Shown here: positions 12,324-25,600 of the stretch, one piece after another | Layout of the letters: every line of letters starts with the position of its first letter | How positions within the stretch are numbered: position 1 is the first letter of the stretch | From: Selaginella moellendorffii | Lineage: Eukaryota > Plantae > Lycopodiophyta | Assembly: GCF_000143415.4 (NCBI RefSeq) | Contig: NW_003314336.1 | Coordinates: 299,296-363,295 of the forward strand | DNA: 64,000 bases | Direction: 5' to 3' | Notes under the pieces: model-generated | Told to the model about the DNA's origin: nothing | Databases searched by the model: none | Seen by the model: the letters and a program-made list of their open reading frames with translations, nothing else | Position numbers and translations under genes: made by a program

Positions 12324-12741
12324 ACGGACAAACAGAAAGGGTAAATAGGTAGCTGGAGGATTATTTGCGATGCTATGTCTCAGGAGACCAAACCGATTGA
12401 GTAAGTCATTTGGGACTTGTGGAAATGTTTTATAACAACTCACCACATTCAAGTATTGGGGTGAATCCATGGGAAGTCATCAATGGGCGAGCTATTCAAG
12501 GTCTTGTGGAACTCGGCATGGCTGAGTATCATAGAGAGTTACCTGCAGTGGAGGCATTCACAGCGAAAAGACTCAACATTTGGAATCTAGTGAGGGATTC
12601 CTTGGAACGGGCTCAACAAAGGCAAACCAAGTACATGAACCAGAAGCACCGGGATTTAGAGTTCCAAGCTAGGGAGAAGGTGTGGTTGAACACCAAGAAC
12701 CTTAGGCTACCAAGTGGGATCAGCCGGAAGTTGACCCAAAG

Positions 12742-12793
12742 GTAAAAATGCATGTATTCCTGTAAATGAATTGATCTTGAGTTCCTTAAGCAG
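12742..12793 (+). other. Intron 2 (52 nt) in the integrase GPY/F region
   Basis: AG|GTAAAA...TAAGCAG|G. Removal gives KLTQR-FTGLYEI. The homolog at 55065-55116 gives KLTQRFVGPYEI. Confidence 0.85.
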
Positions 12794-14736
12794 GTTTACA
12801 GGGCTTTACGAGATTGAGGCACGAATCGGTAAAGTGGCTTACTGTCTTCGACTTCCTCGAGAGATAGGGAAGATGCACCTAATGTTCCACGTGAATTTAC
12901 TCAAGCCGTACTTTGAGGATCCACTTTGCAAGGACCAAATAACACCTTTACCTGAGGTTATCCAAGGGGAAGAGGAATACAAAGTTGAGGCCATCCTCAA
13001 TGCGCGCAAGAGCAAGCGACAAGGATGTGAGGTGAGAGAGTTCCATGTGAAGTGGAAAGGATTTCAACACTGCGAAGCAACATAGGAACCAGAGAAGAAC
13101 CTAGCAAACGCGCAAGATCTAGTGGAGGAATTTCTGCAAGGCAGAACTCTATGTATTTATGCAAAGTTCAATAAAAGTATCAATTTGTGAAGTTGAGCAA
13201 TGGCATATATTGGGACCCGAAGGCGCGCCGGAGGTAAGCTAATTAGCATGGGTTAGATAGGTCGACCAGGCGTAGAGAACTACGCCTAACTCCCCACGAG
13301 GATGTCGAATCCGTAGACGTATTTTACGGAGGTTGGGTTCAAGTCCCAACCCCCTAGTAAAGCAAAGCTAGGTTCAAGTCCCAACCCCATACTAGGGCGT
13401 GGTGGGGTGAGGGGTATAAGGACATCTATATTCCGTTGTCATGGGCTCTTGGCCAGGGAGGCTAACTTAGGCACACCGCTAAGTGGGGGGATGCCCCCGG
13501 NNNNNNNNNNNNNNNNNNNNNNNNNNNNNNNNNNNNNNNNNNNNNNNNNNNNNNNNNNNNNNNNNNNNNNNNNNNNNNNNNNNNNNNNNNNNNNNNNNNN
13601 NNNNNNNNNNNNNNNNNNNNNNNNNNNNNNNNNNNNNNNNNNNNNNNNNNNNNNNNNNNNNNNNNNNNNNNNNNNNNNNNNNNNNNNNNNNNNNNNNNNN
13701 NNNNNNNNNNNNNNNNNNNNNNNNNNNNNNNNNNNNNNNNNNNNNNNNNNNNNNNNNNNNNNNNNNNNNNNNNNNNNNNNNNNNNNNNNNNNNNNNNNNN
13801 NNNNNNNNNNNNNNNNNNNNNNNNNNNNNNNNNNNNNNNNNNNNNNNNNNNNNNNNNNNNNNNNNNNNNNNNNNNNNNNNNNNNNNNNNNNNNNNNNNNN
13901 NNNNNNNNNNNNNNNNNNNNNNNNNNNNNNNNNNNNNNNNNNNNNNNNNNNNNNNNNNNNNNNNNNNNNNNNNNNNNNNNNNNNCCCCCAGGGGGGGGGG
14001 GCTGCAGGGGCTTCCCAATTATAGTAGGGATAGTGAGGTCTAGGAATCAATCGTTGAAGGTTTTCTCCAGTGGTGCTTCCAAACTGACTTGAGGTTGAGA
14101 CTGGGGCCGAGGGGCCTTGGGTGGGAGTGAGCATGGACTCGGGTGGTGCTGGAGGGGCCACCCAAGGAAGTGCTCAAGAGCAGCTCCCACTCCCGAAAGG
14201 GAAACCGACTGCGGTGCTCCTAGCTCATGTGGAGTGGTGCCCCACTTGAGTACCTTGTGGCTCATTGGTCCTCACCCATCCTAGGGGCTTGGGCCTTCCC
14301 TTCAGGATAGAAGTGGGGGGGTAGAGGTACCCATATCGAGCCGTTAGGCCACGGTGTTTCACCTTGGTGTCCCAAAGCAAGTGTTGCACCCAAGGCTTGG
14401 GATTTAGAGAGTCCCATGATCAAGTCTTGTTTTACCAAGGGATGTTATGAACTTGGAGGTTTGGTGTGCTTGGCTACTTGTGCCTACGGGGAGTGTAGCT
14501 GAACCTTAAGTACAGTCTAACCCAGAGAGAGGGATTGGGAGAGATTTGGGAATTCATGGATGGATGGCTAATGCTCCGTTGCTCGTGCAGTGAGTAGCTG
14601 AAACCAAGTAGGACCAAGTAGCAGCTGGTACAATAGGCGAGAACCTTGGTGAGGGAACTTAGCAAAAGCCAAGGCAGTGTTGGTCGGATAGTCAAGATAA
14701 GCTGGTAAATTGGAAAAGAAAAATTTATGGCTTACA

Positions 14737-17700
14737 TTCCTTAGGTGGCCCCTCTGGCACCACCCGAGTCCATGCTCACTCCCACCCAAAGCCCTTTGGC
14801 CCCAATCTCAACCTCAAGTCAGTTTGGAAGCACCATTAGAGGCTTCCTTCAAGATTAGTTTTTGGACCTCACTATCCCTATGTCGCGCATGTGACTTCGG
14901 GTATCGAAAGTTACCTGTCGACTAGTCCTTACGGACACTCTTACCTTACTGCCACGATGGCAGGAGGTCGGTACTGCTGGTTCCCTTTATTGGCCCCTCT
15001 TGTTCAAGTGTTAGTAAACTGGACTTTGCATCTGTACTTGGCCGGATGAGCATAAGGAAGGAATTCCTAAGTGTCTATTTAGCTGAGCATACTTGGCCCG
15101 GCTTGTTAGTTCTCTTTTGCTCTGTCTTGCACTGGCTTGACAAGAACCCTCGCGTATTGAGATTGGTCCCTCAATATCGCTACATGATAGCTTACCGTGT
15201 CTGCCAAACACCCTCGCTATCATGCCCTTTGTGTTAGTCTCATTTCGGTCCCAAATGCTATTTGTGGAAAGTGTCCAGATTTGCTCATTTGGCATATCTA
15301 CGGAATGTAGAGATCGTCCTGAACACAATGGTGTTCGTCCCATGTCCAAATTCGCAATCTAAGGACATTCCATATTTAGTAAGTTTCGAGCTTGTCCCAG
15401 AGACTAACTCCTAATACTAAGGGAGGCTTGGGGTGAAAGCCCAAAGCGTGTGTTCCTCAAGGGGGGGGGGCTGTGGGGGGTTCCAAATGTATAGTAGGGA
15501 TAGTGGGTAGGTCGGGCATGGCCGACCAACCTGAGGCATAGTCTAGCTCCCGCTTGCGTGCCTGTCCTTGTTCTGCGTCCGGCTTGGGTCTAAGCCCAAG
15601 TTCCATTCCATGCTAGTTGGTGGAGTACCCATATCCTCACGTTAGGCCACCGGTATGCCGAAATAGCGCCAGACTCCGTTTGGCTCCATTTTGCGTGCTG
15701 GTCCTGGCATTGGGATGCTGGTTACTCTAGGACTGTTCCAAGTCGCTCCGGGCTCCTGTCCCTTCGCTCCTTAGGCTTCATGCTCGGGAGTTGCTCCGTG
15801 GTTCGGTTCTGTCACTCCTCGGCTCCATGCTTGGGAGTTTGGCACCGTTCCTTCGTTCAGTGGCCCAAGGCCTTGAACCTCGGGTCCTGTGGACACGTGG
15901 CATGGACACGTGGCATGTGACACGTGGCATCTGTCACGTGGCACAAAGAGGGTTTAGGTTCCGCTTCGTGGTGTTATCCTATGGTAAATCACCATAGGAT
16001 AAAGGGTCAAAACCACGTGCGNNNNNNNNNNNNNNNNNNNNNNNNNNNNNNNNNNNNNNNNNNNNNNNNNNNNNNNNNNNNNNNNNNNNNNNNNNNNNNN
16101 NNNNNNNNNNNNNNNNNNNNNATGAGATTAGGCAACTAGTCTCGTTGCATACGCAGAGATGAAAACGATGATCCGAGTGGGTACACGTTTGGTGCAAAGG
16201 GTTCACATTCGTTCCTTGGGTATGGTTTTGGTTACCTTTTGTACCATATTCTGTGAGCTTGAGCTTGGGCTCACAAAAGGGATTGAGTTGTTCCGGTTAC
16301 ACGAGTTTACGCTTGGGCTCGTGAGTGAGGCACATTAGCAACTTAAGGTTACACTTTGAGTTGGCAGGATTAATGTTAGCCTCTCAGTGGTTCCATGAGT
16401 TGTTCTAGTGGTTCCATGAGTTGTTCCATGTACCGTGGGTAAAAGCAAACCTTCCCTGAGTTTGCTATGAGTGGCAAATAGGCTGGTCCGTAGCTGTTTT
16501 GCACGGCACTAGTGGATCCTTTCTAGGCATGATTATAAGTGGATCAATCAAGACTATAGGGATTAGTCTATTGATTCAAGTAGTCATGGCCATGCTCTCT
16601 CATAAACTTTTTCTTGGATTGGACTGAAGGCAGTGCGAACGCAAGCTTGAGGTGTAGTCAAAGATGAGACCGAAAAGAGAGTTATCAGGGACGAAGGATC
16701 AAACACGTAAATCATCTTCTCTTCTTGGAGAGATGATTTGCAACGAGGTGTTAACTCTTTGCTCATGTTCATATTATGCAATCAAGAGTCCCTACCTTGA
16801 TGCATGTTGGAAATGATGGTCTTGTAAGTGGTGAGTCATGGGATGGATAACGGTGAAGTGTTATACCATTTTGTCTAGGCTTGCTATTGGAAGACTTGGG
16901 TTACAATGCTCAATTCTTTTCCGGGGAACCTAGCTATTGCTCCTTGAGTAGCTTGGTATTGGGTTAAGTTTTGAGTTTGATCGGATAGTGAGTGGCATAA
17001 ACTTGGCCATGTTGTGAACAAAAGTTAGTGGTGTTGGGTGTTGTAAGTCTCTATCGGTGAAGTGTGGCATCTATGTTGCATTTTGTCGAATTGAGTTGGC
17101 ACTTGATACTCACATAAACTTTTGAAGTAATGACATTGGCATTGCTCGTGGTGTTGCTCAATTGATGATCAAGTCATTGTGATTTCCATATCATATCCAT
17201 GTGATAATGAGCAATGTGTTTACGAAGTTGCTTGGTTAAACGATGATCAACCCCAAAGTGGTTGATGGAGAAGCTAGTCTACTTGCAAGAAGTAGCATTG
17301 TAGTAGCTTTGACGGGATTCTCGATAGTGGTCCATTATGCTAAGCTTAAGTTGGTACGTTGTTCCTTATTTCCTTGAGTTTGCCCACTAAGGTGTTGGAA
17401 AAGGGTTGTAGCATTTAGTTGCTATAGCTCATTAGTTGATCCGTTAACACTTGGAGTAGATTGTTGGATGGAAAAGATGTGTAGTTGGGGCATTGACATC
17501 ACTAGCACTTGTATTAGTGGAAGTGGCATTGTTACTTCAAGTGATAAGGAATTTTCCTTAGAGCTTGATTTTCCATGTCATTTTTCTTGTTAGTGTTTTA
17601 GCTTCACATTGGATCTTGAAAGTGGTTGAAGAAGAGTGTTAGTGCAATGTGAATATCCAAAGATATGGTCTCCATGATCAAGCCTTGGATGATCACTTTG

Positions 17701-20700
17701 CATTTTTGGCGGATGTCGATGTTGGATGTCGGAAGAATGGGCAAAAAGATGTTCGAAGCTTAAGCATACTATGGATCTCGAAAATTTGTGTTGAGGTGAG
17801 CCTATGTGAAGTTGTTAGTAGAAGGAAGTTGGTTGAGTCTTGAAAGTTTGTATTCCTGGACTGAGAGTCATTCTTTTTCTAGGATGGAAATTTTCCACAA
17901 ATTTCCTTAGACTTTTCCAATAGCTGATCTGTTATCACTTTGTCCGAAAACCATTCTGTTTTCGTAAGCCAGTACAAACTAGTGAAGAGGTTGGAGTTGA
18001 CTTCGGTTGGCTTAAACCTTAGTATGTAGTTTGTATGATGCGGCCTGAAAGGGATGCTGACTTTTGGGGCTAAGGCAATTGAGTTGGATAGAGTTTGGAG
18101 TTAGTGTAGAAAAGTGGCCATCGCACTTTTCTAGAAAGGTGACCCTTGTGCCTTTCTTTTGTAGCGTTATGCTTGGTGGCAGGTTGCACTTTGCATTTTG
18201 TTAGACTCTATGAGAGTAGTGAGCTCTCACTGATCTTGACTTGGTCTTGGTGGCCCTGCGCCTTGGCTGAGGATGGTGATGTTCAACTTAGTTGTTTGAG
18301 TTTGAGATGTTGGTACCCATACTGTAGCTTTGTCTATGAGGAGGTTGTGTACCAATATGAGTCCATCTCATGGTCTTCGCTTTAGTTTCGGCTAAGTGTT
18401 GGTCATGCATAGCTAGCCTCTTCAAGGCATGCTCAGAGCTAGTGGCTAAATGCATTGGTGAGCTTATCGCGGTTGAGTTGGATTCGAGTGGTCATTTAGT
18501 TTGTGCTTGTCCATGAACCTTTATCTCGTATTTGGGGTATTACGTTCATGTTGGACAAGTGTGTAACTCAATGGCATGAGTTAGTGTTTGGGTCTTGTGA
18601 AAGGCAAGACAAGTGATTGTTGGTTGCTTTGCAACTAGTGATTGCTTGTAGACTTTGTCAAGGGCTTTGGACACTTGCTTCGCTTGATGAAGATTTAGCA
18701 GTGATGGGTTTACTTTACCGGATGGTATTGCGGAGGATCGTGTCATTTGACTTACATGGGTTTTTCATGTTGGCATGTCGACTCTACCTCTGTTGGTATC
18801 ATTTGGTTGCGTTTAGTTCATAGTGTTGGATTTCATTGAGTCTTGGATGTGGTGATGCACTCCTTGAGAAAGTGTTATCTGTACCTGAGTAATGTTGAAG
18901 AACTAGTCTCGGATACTGACTAAAGTATCTTCGACTTTGGTTAGCTTGGTTGCAAGAGAGTTTTGAGTGGTGATTCACTCTTGCTTTCTTTTAGCTTTGT
19001 TCTGATGTTGATGGCATTGAGGTGATGCCTTGTCATTGATATTATTGATGTTGAGATTCAAGTGAGATGAGATGTCTATCCTTAGGATTGATATTGCGTT
19101 TCATTAGTCTCGATGAAAATAGTGTTGATGATTTGGCTATGGCTTTGTGTTATTGGCATTCGTGCATTTGCTAGTTAGCAACTGTGTTGACGTTCAAACA
19201 AGCGGAATGGCAAGTTTGAATTAGTTGTGTTCTAGACGAGGTTATTTAGTAGGGGTTGAGCTTTGGCTTTTCCTTGAAAAGTGATTTAGTCATGGACTAT
19301 GCTAACTCTACAAATGGGAGAGTTAGTGATCGATATTGGAATATTTGAATCCTTATGGGATTTTAGTTGAAATATATTGATCATTGATGATTCTTTTTGT
19401 GCTTGTTATGAAGTGAGTTACGTCTTGCTATGGATGGATTCATGGAGGATCATTTGGTGATCACTTGTTGAGCATAGCTTCATTATACTTAGCTTTTGGA
19501 TTGATGCAGACATGCTCTTCATTAGCTTTGCATTATGAAGTTTAGCTTATAGATGTGTTGAGGAGGATATTGTGGGTTGTACCATGATTTCTTCTTTGGC
19601 ATTGACGTTAGTCCATGCGAGACTCGTGATCATTATTAGGCAAGACTTGGCTATAGACTTCTTCGAACTTTTGGTTATTTGAGTTTTTGTGCTCATTGTT
19701 CCATTTGTTAGAAGTTGTTGGGGAAGGCATTTTGGCTCCTAGCTTCAATGTTGAAGTTAGTATTTGCATATAGCAATCATTGGTGATGATTGACTATCAT
19801 CTAAGATAGTTGGTTATCCTTGTCAAGGGTTTTGCTTGATTATTGTTGGTATAGAATGATTTGCTGTTCTTCGGGATAGTAGATTCTTTCTTCGATGATG
19901 ATTATGCATTTCTCTATTGATAGGATGATTGATGATCTTTTATGGTAGTTAGTTGTTCTCTTTGATGGCTTGTGGCTTTTCGCAATATCACATGTTCTTT
20001 GTGATTTGCTCTGGATTGGTCTCTTGGGTTTGAGACATCAGTAGGATGTTGCTGACACTTGCTTCGGCAACTTGAGTTCCTTGGTATTGTTGGCTGGGAT
20101 CTATTCAGATTAGCTTTTGTGATAGTTGGCAGGAATGAGTGTTTGTTGGTCTTACCACATTCATTCTCTTCTATTGATTGTTGCTCAAGTTAGTTTTGAT
20201 AGATTTGGATGTTATTTCCTTTGGGTGATACATTCGCGAGCATTTTGCTTATCAGTCAATGATACTTTTGTGTTCTTTGAGTTGTCTTTCGTAAGTTGTT
20301 TGGTATTCTATCTGCAATCTTTAATAGTTAAACTTTATCATTGAGTTTACTTGATGATATACTTGCTATTGAATTTTGTTTGATGGTGAATCCTATGTTT
20401 ACCAATTATGATGATCTTGGTGGTTCATATACTATAATACTAGTTTATCGGATGATAACTTACTTGGAATACTTTTGTGTTCTAATCTAAGATATACTCA
20501 CTGATAATTAAGTCTCTCAGATATCATTGTCTCTGACTTTGATAATGTCCATCTATGATCTTTGAGTTTGGGCCAGTAATAGGCAGACTGGCTTCGGCAC
20601 TTCGTGTGCATGTTGAAATCTCTAGTCATGGGGTAGCTACTGTCGACTGGTCACATAACCCGCCTCTCTGTCGATGTTCCTTATTCTGTTGAAAGGGCGT

Positions 20701-22622
20701 GACCGTGTAAACAACTCTAACTGCCTGTTTCCAGTAGTCTATCTAAACCTTACCGACGGGTTTGGTTTCTTTGCTCAGGAGGGTTGGGGCCTCTGGCTTC
20801 TCTCTCTATGTTCCTGCGGGCAGGGCATATCACACTTTTGTAAGCTGGGTGACTCCCAGAGCAGCAAGGGTGGCTGACTCCATTGGTCATTTCCTTGTCG
20901 GCGACGGCCGGAAGGTGTCTGAGCTGGTAGCGCATCCGCGTTAGACAAAGAGGTTGCCCCCTAACTCATTTAAGTTGGTGCATTTCTCACATAGTGTGAG
21001 TACCGTGAACTTTTTCTGGAGTTGTTTCCTTGGCGGTATTCTAGACTCGAGTATGCATCGACGAGGACGTCGATCTTCCCAAGGGGGGGAGAGTGTCGCG
21101 CATGTGACTTCGGGTATCGAAAGTTACCTGTCGACTAGTCCTTACGGACACTCTTACCTTACTGCCACGATGGCAGGAGGTCGGTACTGCTGGTTCCCTT
21201 TATTGGCCCCTCTTGTTCAAGTGTTAGTAAACTGGACTTTGCATCTGTACTTGGCCGGATGAGCATAAGGAAGGAATTCCTAAGTGTCTATTTAGCTGAG
21301 CATACTTGGCCCGGCTTGTTAGTTCTCTTTTGCTCTGTCTTGCACTGGCTTGACAAGAACCCTCGCGTATTGAGATTGGTCCCTCAATATCGCTACATGA
21401 TAGCTTACCGTGTCTGCCAAACACCCTCGCTATCATGCCCTTTGTGTTAGTCTCATTTCGGTCCCAAATGCTATTTGTGGAAAGTGTCCAGATTTGCTCA
21501 TTTGGCATATCTACGGAATGTAGAGATCGTCCTGAACACAATGGTGTTCGTCCCATGTCCAAATTCGCAATCTAAGGACATTCCATATTTAGTAAGTTTC
21601 GAGCTTGTCCCAGAGACTAACTCCTAATACTAAGGGAGGCTTGGGGTGAAAGCCCAAAGCGTGTGTTCCTCAAGGGGGGGGGGCTGTGGGGGGTTCCAAA
21701 TGTATAGTAGGGATAGTGGGTAGGTCGGGCATGGCCGACCAACCTGAGGCATAGTCTAGCTCCCGCTTGCGTGCCTGTCCTTGTTCTGCGTCCGGCTTGG
21801 GTCTAAGCCCAAGTTCCATTCCATGCTAGTTGGTGGAGTACCCATATCCTCACGTTAGGCCACCGGTATGCCGAAATAGCGCCAGACTCCGTTTGGCTCC
21901 ATTTTGCGTGCTGGTCCTGGCATTGGGATGCTGGTTACTCTAGGACTGTTCCAAGTCGCTCCGGGCTCCTGTCCCTTCGCTCCTTAGGCTTCATGCTCGG
22001 GAGTTGCTCCGTGGTTCGGTTCTGTCACTCCTCGGCTCCATGCTTGGGAGTTTGGCACCGTTCCTTCGTTCAGTGGCCCAAGGCCTTGAACCTCGGGTCC
22101 TGTGGACACGTGGCATGGACACGTGGCATGTGACACGTGGCATCTGTCACGTGGCACAAAGAGGGTTTAGGTTCCGCTTCGTGGTGTTATCCTATGGTAA
22201 ATCACCATAGGATAAAGGGTCAAAACCACGTGCGCTACACCCTACTATACTTTTGGAATTCCTTGCAACCCCTCCCCCTCCCAAAAGACACACACTTTGG
22301 GCTTTCACCCCACAACCTATATTAGTATTCGGTCTCAGTCTCAGACTCAATCTCAGACTCGATCTCGGACCTAATCTCGGACTCTGTCTCAAACTCAATC
22401 TCAGACTCGGTCTGGGACCCGATATCGAATCTTGGACTCGGTCTCGAACTTGGTCTCAGACATAGTCTCGAACTTGGTCTCAGACTCGGTCTCGAACTCG
22501 GTCTTAGAGTTGGTCTCAAACTTGATCTCATACTCGGTCTCATCCAATGAACTCCTTATCATTTTGGTCGTGCTTTCAAGGATCCTTTAGCCTTCAACAC
22601 CTCGATGAGTTTGTTCCTTACA
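14737..22622 (-). mobile_element. Partial family-C LTR (14737-14880 plus 22240-22622) split by the family-B element
   Basis: The two flanks join as ctcactatcccta|ctatacttttgg. Ends ...GTTCCTTACA at 22622. Confidence 0.85.
14881..22239 (+). mobile_element. Full-length non-autonomous LTR retrotransposon (LARD-like, family B), TSD CCCTA
   Basis: LTRs at 14881-~16026 (end in gap) and 21094-22239 (TGTCGC...CTACA) appear identical. PPT AAGGGGGGGAGAG at 21081-21093. CCCTA at 14876-14880 and 22240-22244. No long ORF in the ~5-kb interior. Confidence 0.93.
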
Positions 22623-25600
22623 TCCCTATGCTGGTGCACCAACTTAAACTTAAAGCATGCTACGGATCATAGCTTAAGAACTTCATTCCTCTTCACTGCC
22701 AAGTCCTCTCATTTGACATGCATAGACTCCTCCATACTTGGCCCCATAGGCCACCATTTTTTAAAGTCAACACCTTCAATTAGGGTTTTTGTTCCCTCTG
22801 AGTTGCCAATCTCACTTAGCAAGTCACTCCACTAGCAAAATGGTCCATCTCTTTGAACACTCAGGGATTACTTCTCCAACCTTAATAGCCTCGCCTCATA
22901 GCAAGTTTCAAGACCATGCTTATGCTGTACCACTCTAATTTTGCACACTCTATGAACCATTTACACTTATCTTTCTAGGTACTAATATATTTAGAATTGT
23001 CTTTGGGAAGCTTGAAGGGACTTTATCCTTTAATTTGCTAAAACCTCTCTTTTCGCAAGCTTTTTAATTGCTATATAGTCTAATATGGACAATTCCATAC
23101 TTTAGACTTTTCATGACATCCCAATTGCTAATAACAACACATTTGGGCACCTACTTTATTCTTCACTTTCAACCTGTATAATTGCCCTTAGTTATGCCCT
23201 TTGATTCCTATGGTTTTGTTCTATCTCTATACTACTTGTTTTTTGGCCTTGCGCCTTCCCTTTAATTAGTCTCCTCCCATCTAGGAGGGTAGTTTTACAC
23301 TTTCTACCATGTCTTAGCAAGTATTCTTAGGGATGGATCTACTCAATAACTTAGAGAGTGGTTCTTCAATCTAGATATGCTCACTATGTAATCCCACACA
23401 CCAGGATTAACATCGTTACATATGGGCCTCTTTATACCCATTGCTATCTATGCCAAAATCCTTTTTTAGCTTTATCCAATTCAAATAGACAGACTTCTCC
23501 CATCTCCGCAACTTTGGATATTGGATAACACCTCCTATCCGTTATTCACTAGGGACTTAGTCTCTTTAGCCTTATTTAATGCCCTCATGATTCCGAACAC
23601 CACTTCCTAGTGTTTTAAAGTGTTTTGGTATCCCAATAATGACCTTTTTTGACAATGAACATTTCCCTTTACGACATTAACTTATTATATCTCAACATAA
23701 GCAATTTATCCTCCGAAGGGGTATATTTAACCTCCTTATCCCAATAAAAAGTCTTAATTAGTTAATTTCTCCAATCCAATCAATTATTTTGCACTTTTTG
23801 CTTAGTTGCTTCATAGTTGTTAAGTCCTATAACTCATTGCTGGTGCTTCCACACCTCTATCATTATTTGGGTTGCCCACACTTTAATCGCATGCCTTCCA
23901 GCTTAGGCTATGCTATCCTCATTTCCATTGGGATTCTTTTGGCAAGGGGTTTTCTTGAACCCACCAACTTGACCTCAAAGCATCACACCTTGGCACATTT
24001 GGTATCTCCACACTATCAGCTCCACAACCCTTTACTTTACGACACTTCCCACTTGTGCCTAAATATTTGCCAAGACCAACACAGTTGCTTCTCATGCTAA
24101 TTATCCATTAACACTACAGCATAGTGTTCACACACAATTTTGAGCTGAAGTTGCTTTCTTCTTGAAACACCTTTCCTATAACTTTAGTATGGCGCCTTTT
24201 GCTATCAATGAGATACACACTTTTCCTATACTTGGATCTTATAATCCTCCCCATCCCCCGTAGGGTACAACAAACCTCAGTCCAAATACTTCCACCAATC
24301 CTCTAAAACCATTCCTTGATTCCACTCAAATTATCCAACTTTTTGGACTTTGCTAATTCAATGACTCGTAAGGTCCTAGCCTCTTGGCTATTTTTTGAGG
24401 TGTCAGTTCACTAGAATATATCTTCTTGTATTTATGTTCTACTCATAACGACCATGTTTGCAAGTGTTATTTTGACACTTGATTATTTTTTATTCCTTGT
24501 GGGCTATCTTTGCCCCTTAGGACTATCCGTTCATATAATGAGAATACCAACTTATCCTCTAAGTACACCCCGAACTCTTTGGGTTTGTTCCAACATTTAT
24601 AAAAAATAGCCCCAACTACCATTTCAAGGACTTATGTCCTCATCCATATTTAACTTTATACGATCATTAATTCTGGTCTGAAATTCATGAGCACTAGCCT
24701 CAACTACATAAGGATAATTTTGAGACTCCTTTATTGTTTTGGAGTTTCTATCTTTCCCGTTATCCTAACTATAGTTGTTTACCATAACTACAATAGCTAG
24801 TTTGCTAAGTCAAATGCTCATCTGAATCACATCCTTAATTCTCTAAGAAAAACTTTATACTATTCTCAAGATCCCCAAGTCATTCTATTATTGGCCCTTT
24901 TCTATCCACCACCTCGCCTACCAACTCATACATGAATTGTAGGGGAGAGCCATGTCTTCCCAACCTGCTACTCCTCAAGGATAGGCCCACTTCTAGAACC
25001 TTTTAACACCAACACAAGTGGTGATATACTTTAGCATTAATAAAAGTTAGACTAAGGAATAGCTCCAATACTAAATTGTAAGCAACTAAATTTTCTATTC
25101 TACTTTAGTCACTTAACCACACCTCCAACCACTTAGAGGAGTCTCACACACAACCTCCATAAGTATTAATTTGGACTTGGGGCTTGCTAGCCCTGAGAAT
25201 GGCATCTATGCCACTTAACTTTTGCACTTAGTCGAGGTGCTCCACATGTCCGATCCCATAACTGACACTAAAAGGTACTATCGATATACCAGCCCATTTG
25301 TTAAGGCCATGCCCATTTACCTTTATCACATCGGTGATCCAACACCACTTACATCACTGTCCCGTCTCTCAAAGACTGGGCCATTTGTCTAGGAGTGATC
25401 ATCTCAAATTTACTCCTTAGCATTCTTAGGATACTTGCAAACATGGGGAATAGCCTTCACCACTATCCCTTTTTCAGTCCCCACCAAGTCCATTTTTATC
25501 CATGGCTGTGTTTGCCAACATTACCACTGGGTTAAGTCCTGTAGGCCTAACCACTAAGTCCTAGTATCCTTTGGGACTTCCTCACCATATGACTATATCC

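Larger units (their letters stand above)
8400..14736 (+). mobile_element. Ty3/Gypsy chromovirus (family C): gag-PR-RT-RH-IN-chromodomain, 3' UTR and probable 3' LTR spanning the gap
   Basis: Zn knuckle CYNCSEAGHFSREC, LIDTGASDNF, YIDDIL, ETDAS, HHCC, MDFITG, ISDRD and chromodomain YKVEAIL...FHVKWKGF. Several stops and frameshifts. LTR-C 3' part at 13985-14736 ends ...GCTTACA. Confidence 0.92.

Noticed and set aside
13331-13390. tRNA gene or SINE
   Set aside because: Only a T-arm-like hairpin is present; no A-box, D-arm or anticodon arm identified.
13407-14161. Long ORFs containing X runs
   Set aside because: They span assembly gaps (also 16022-16121 and 56121-56220).
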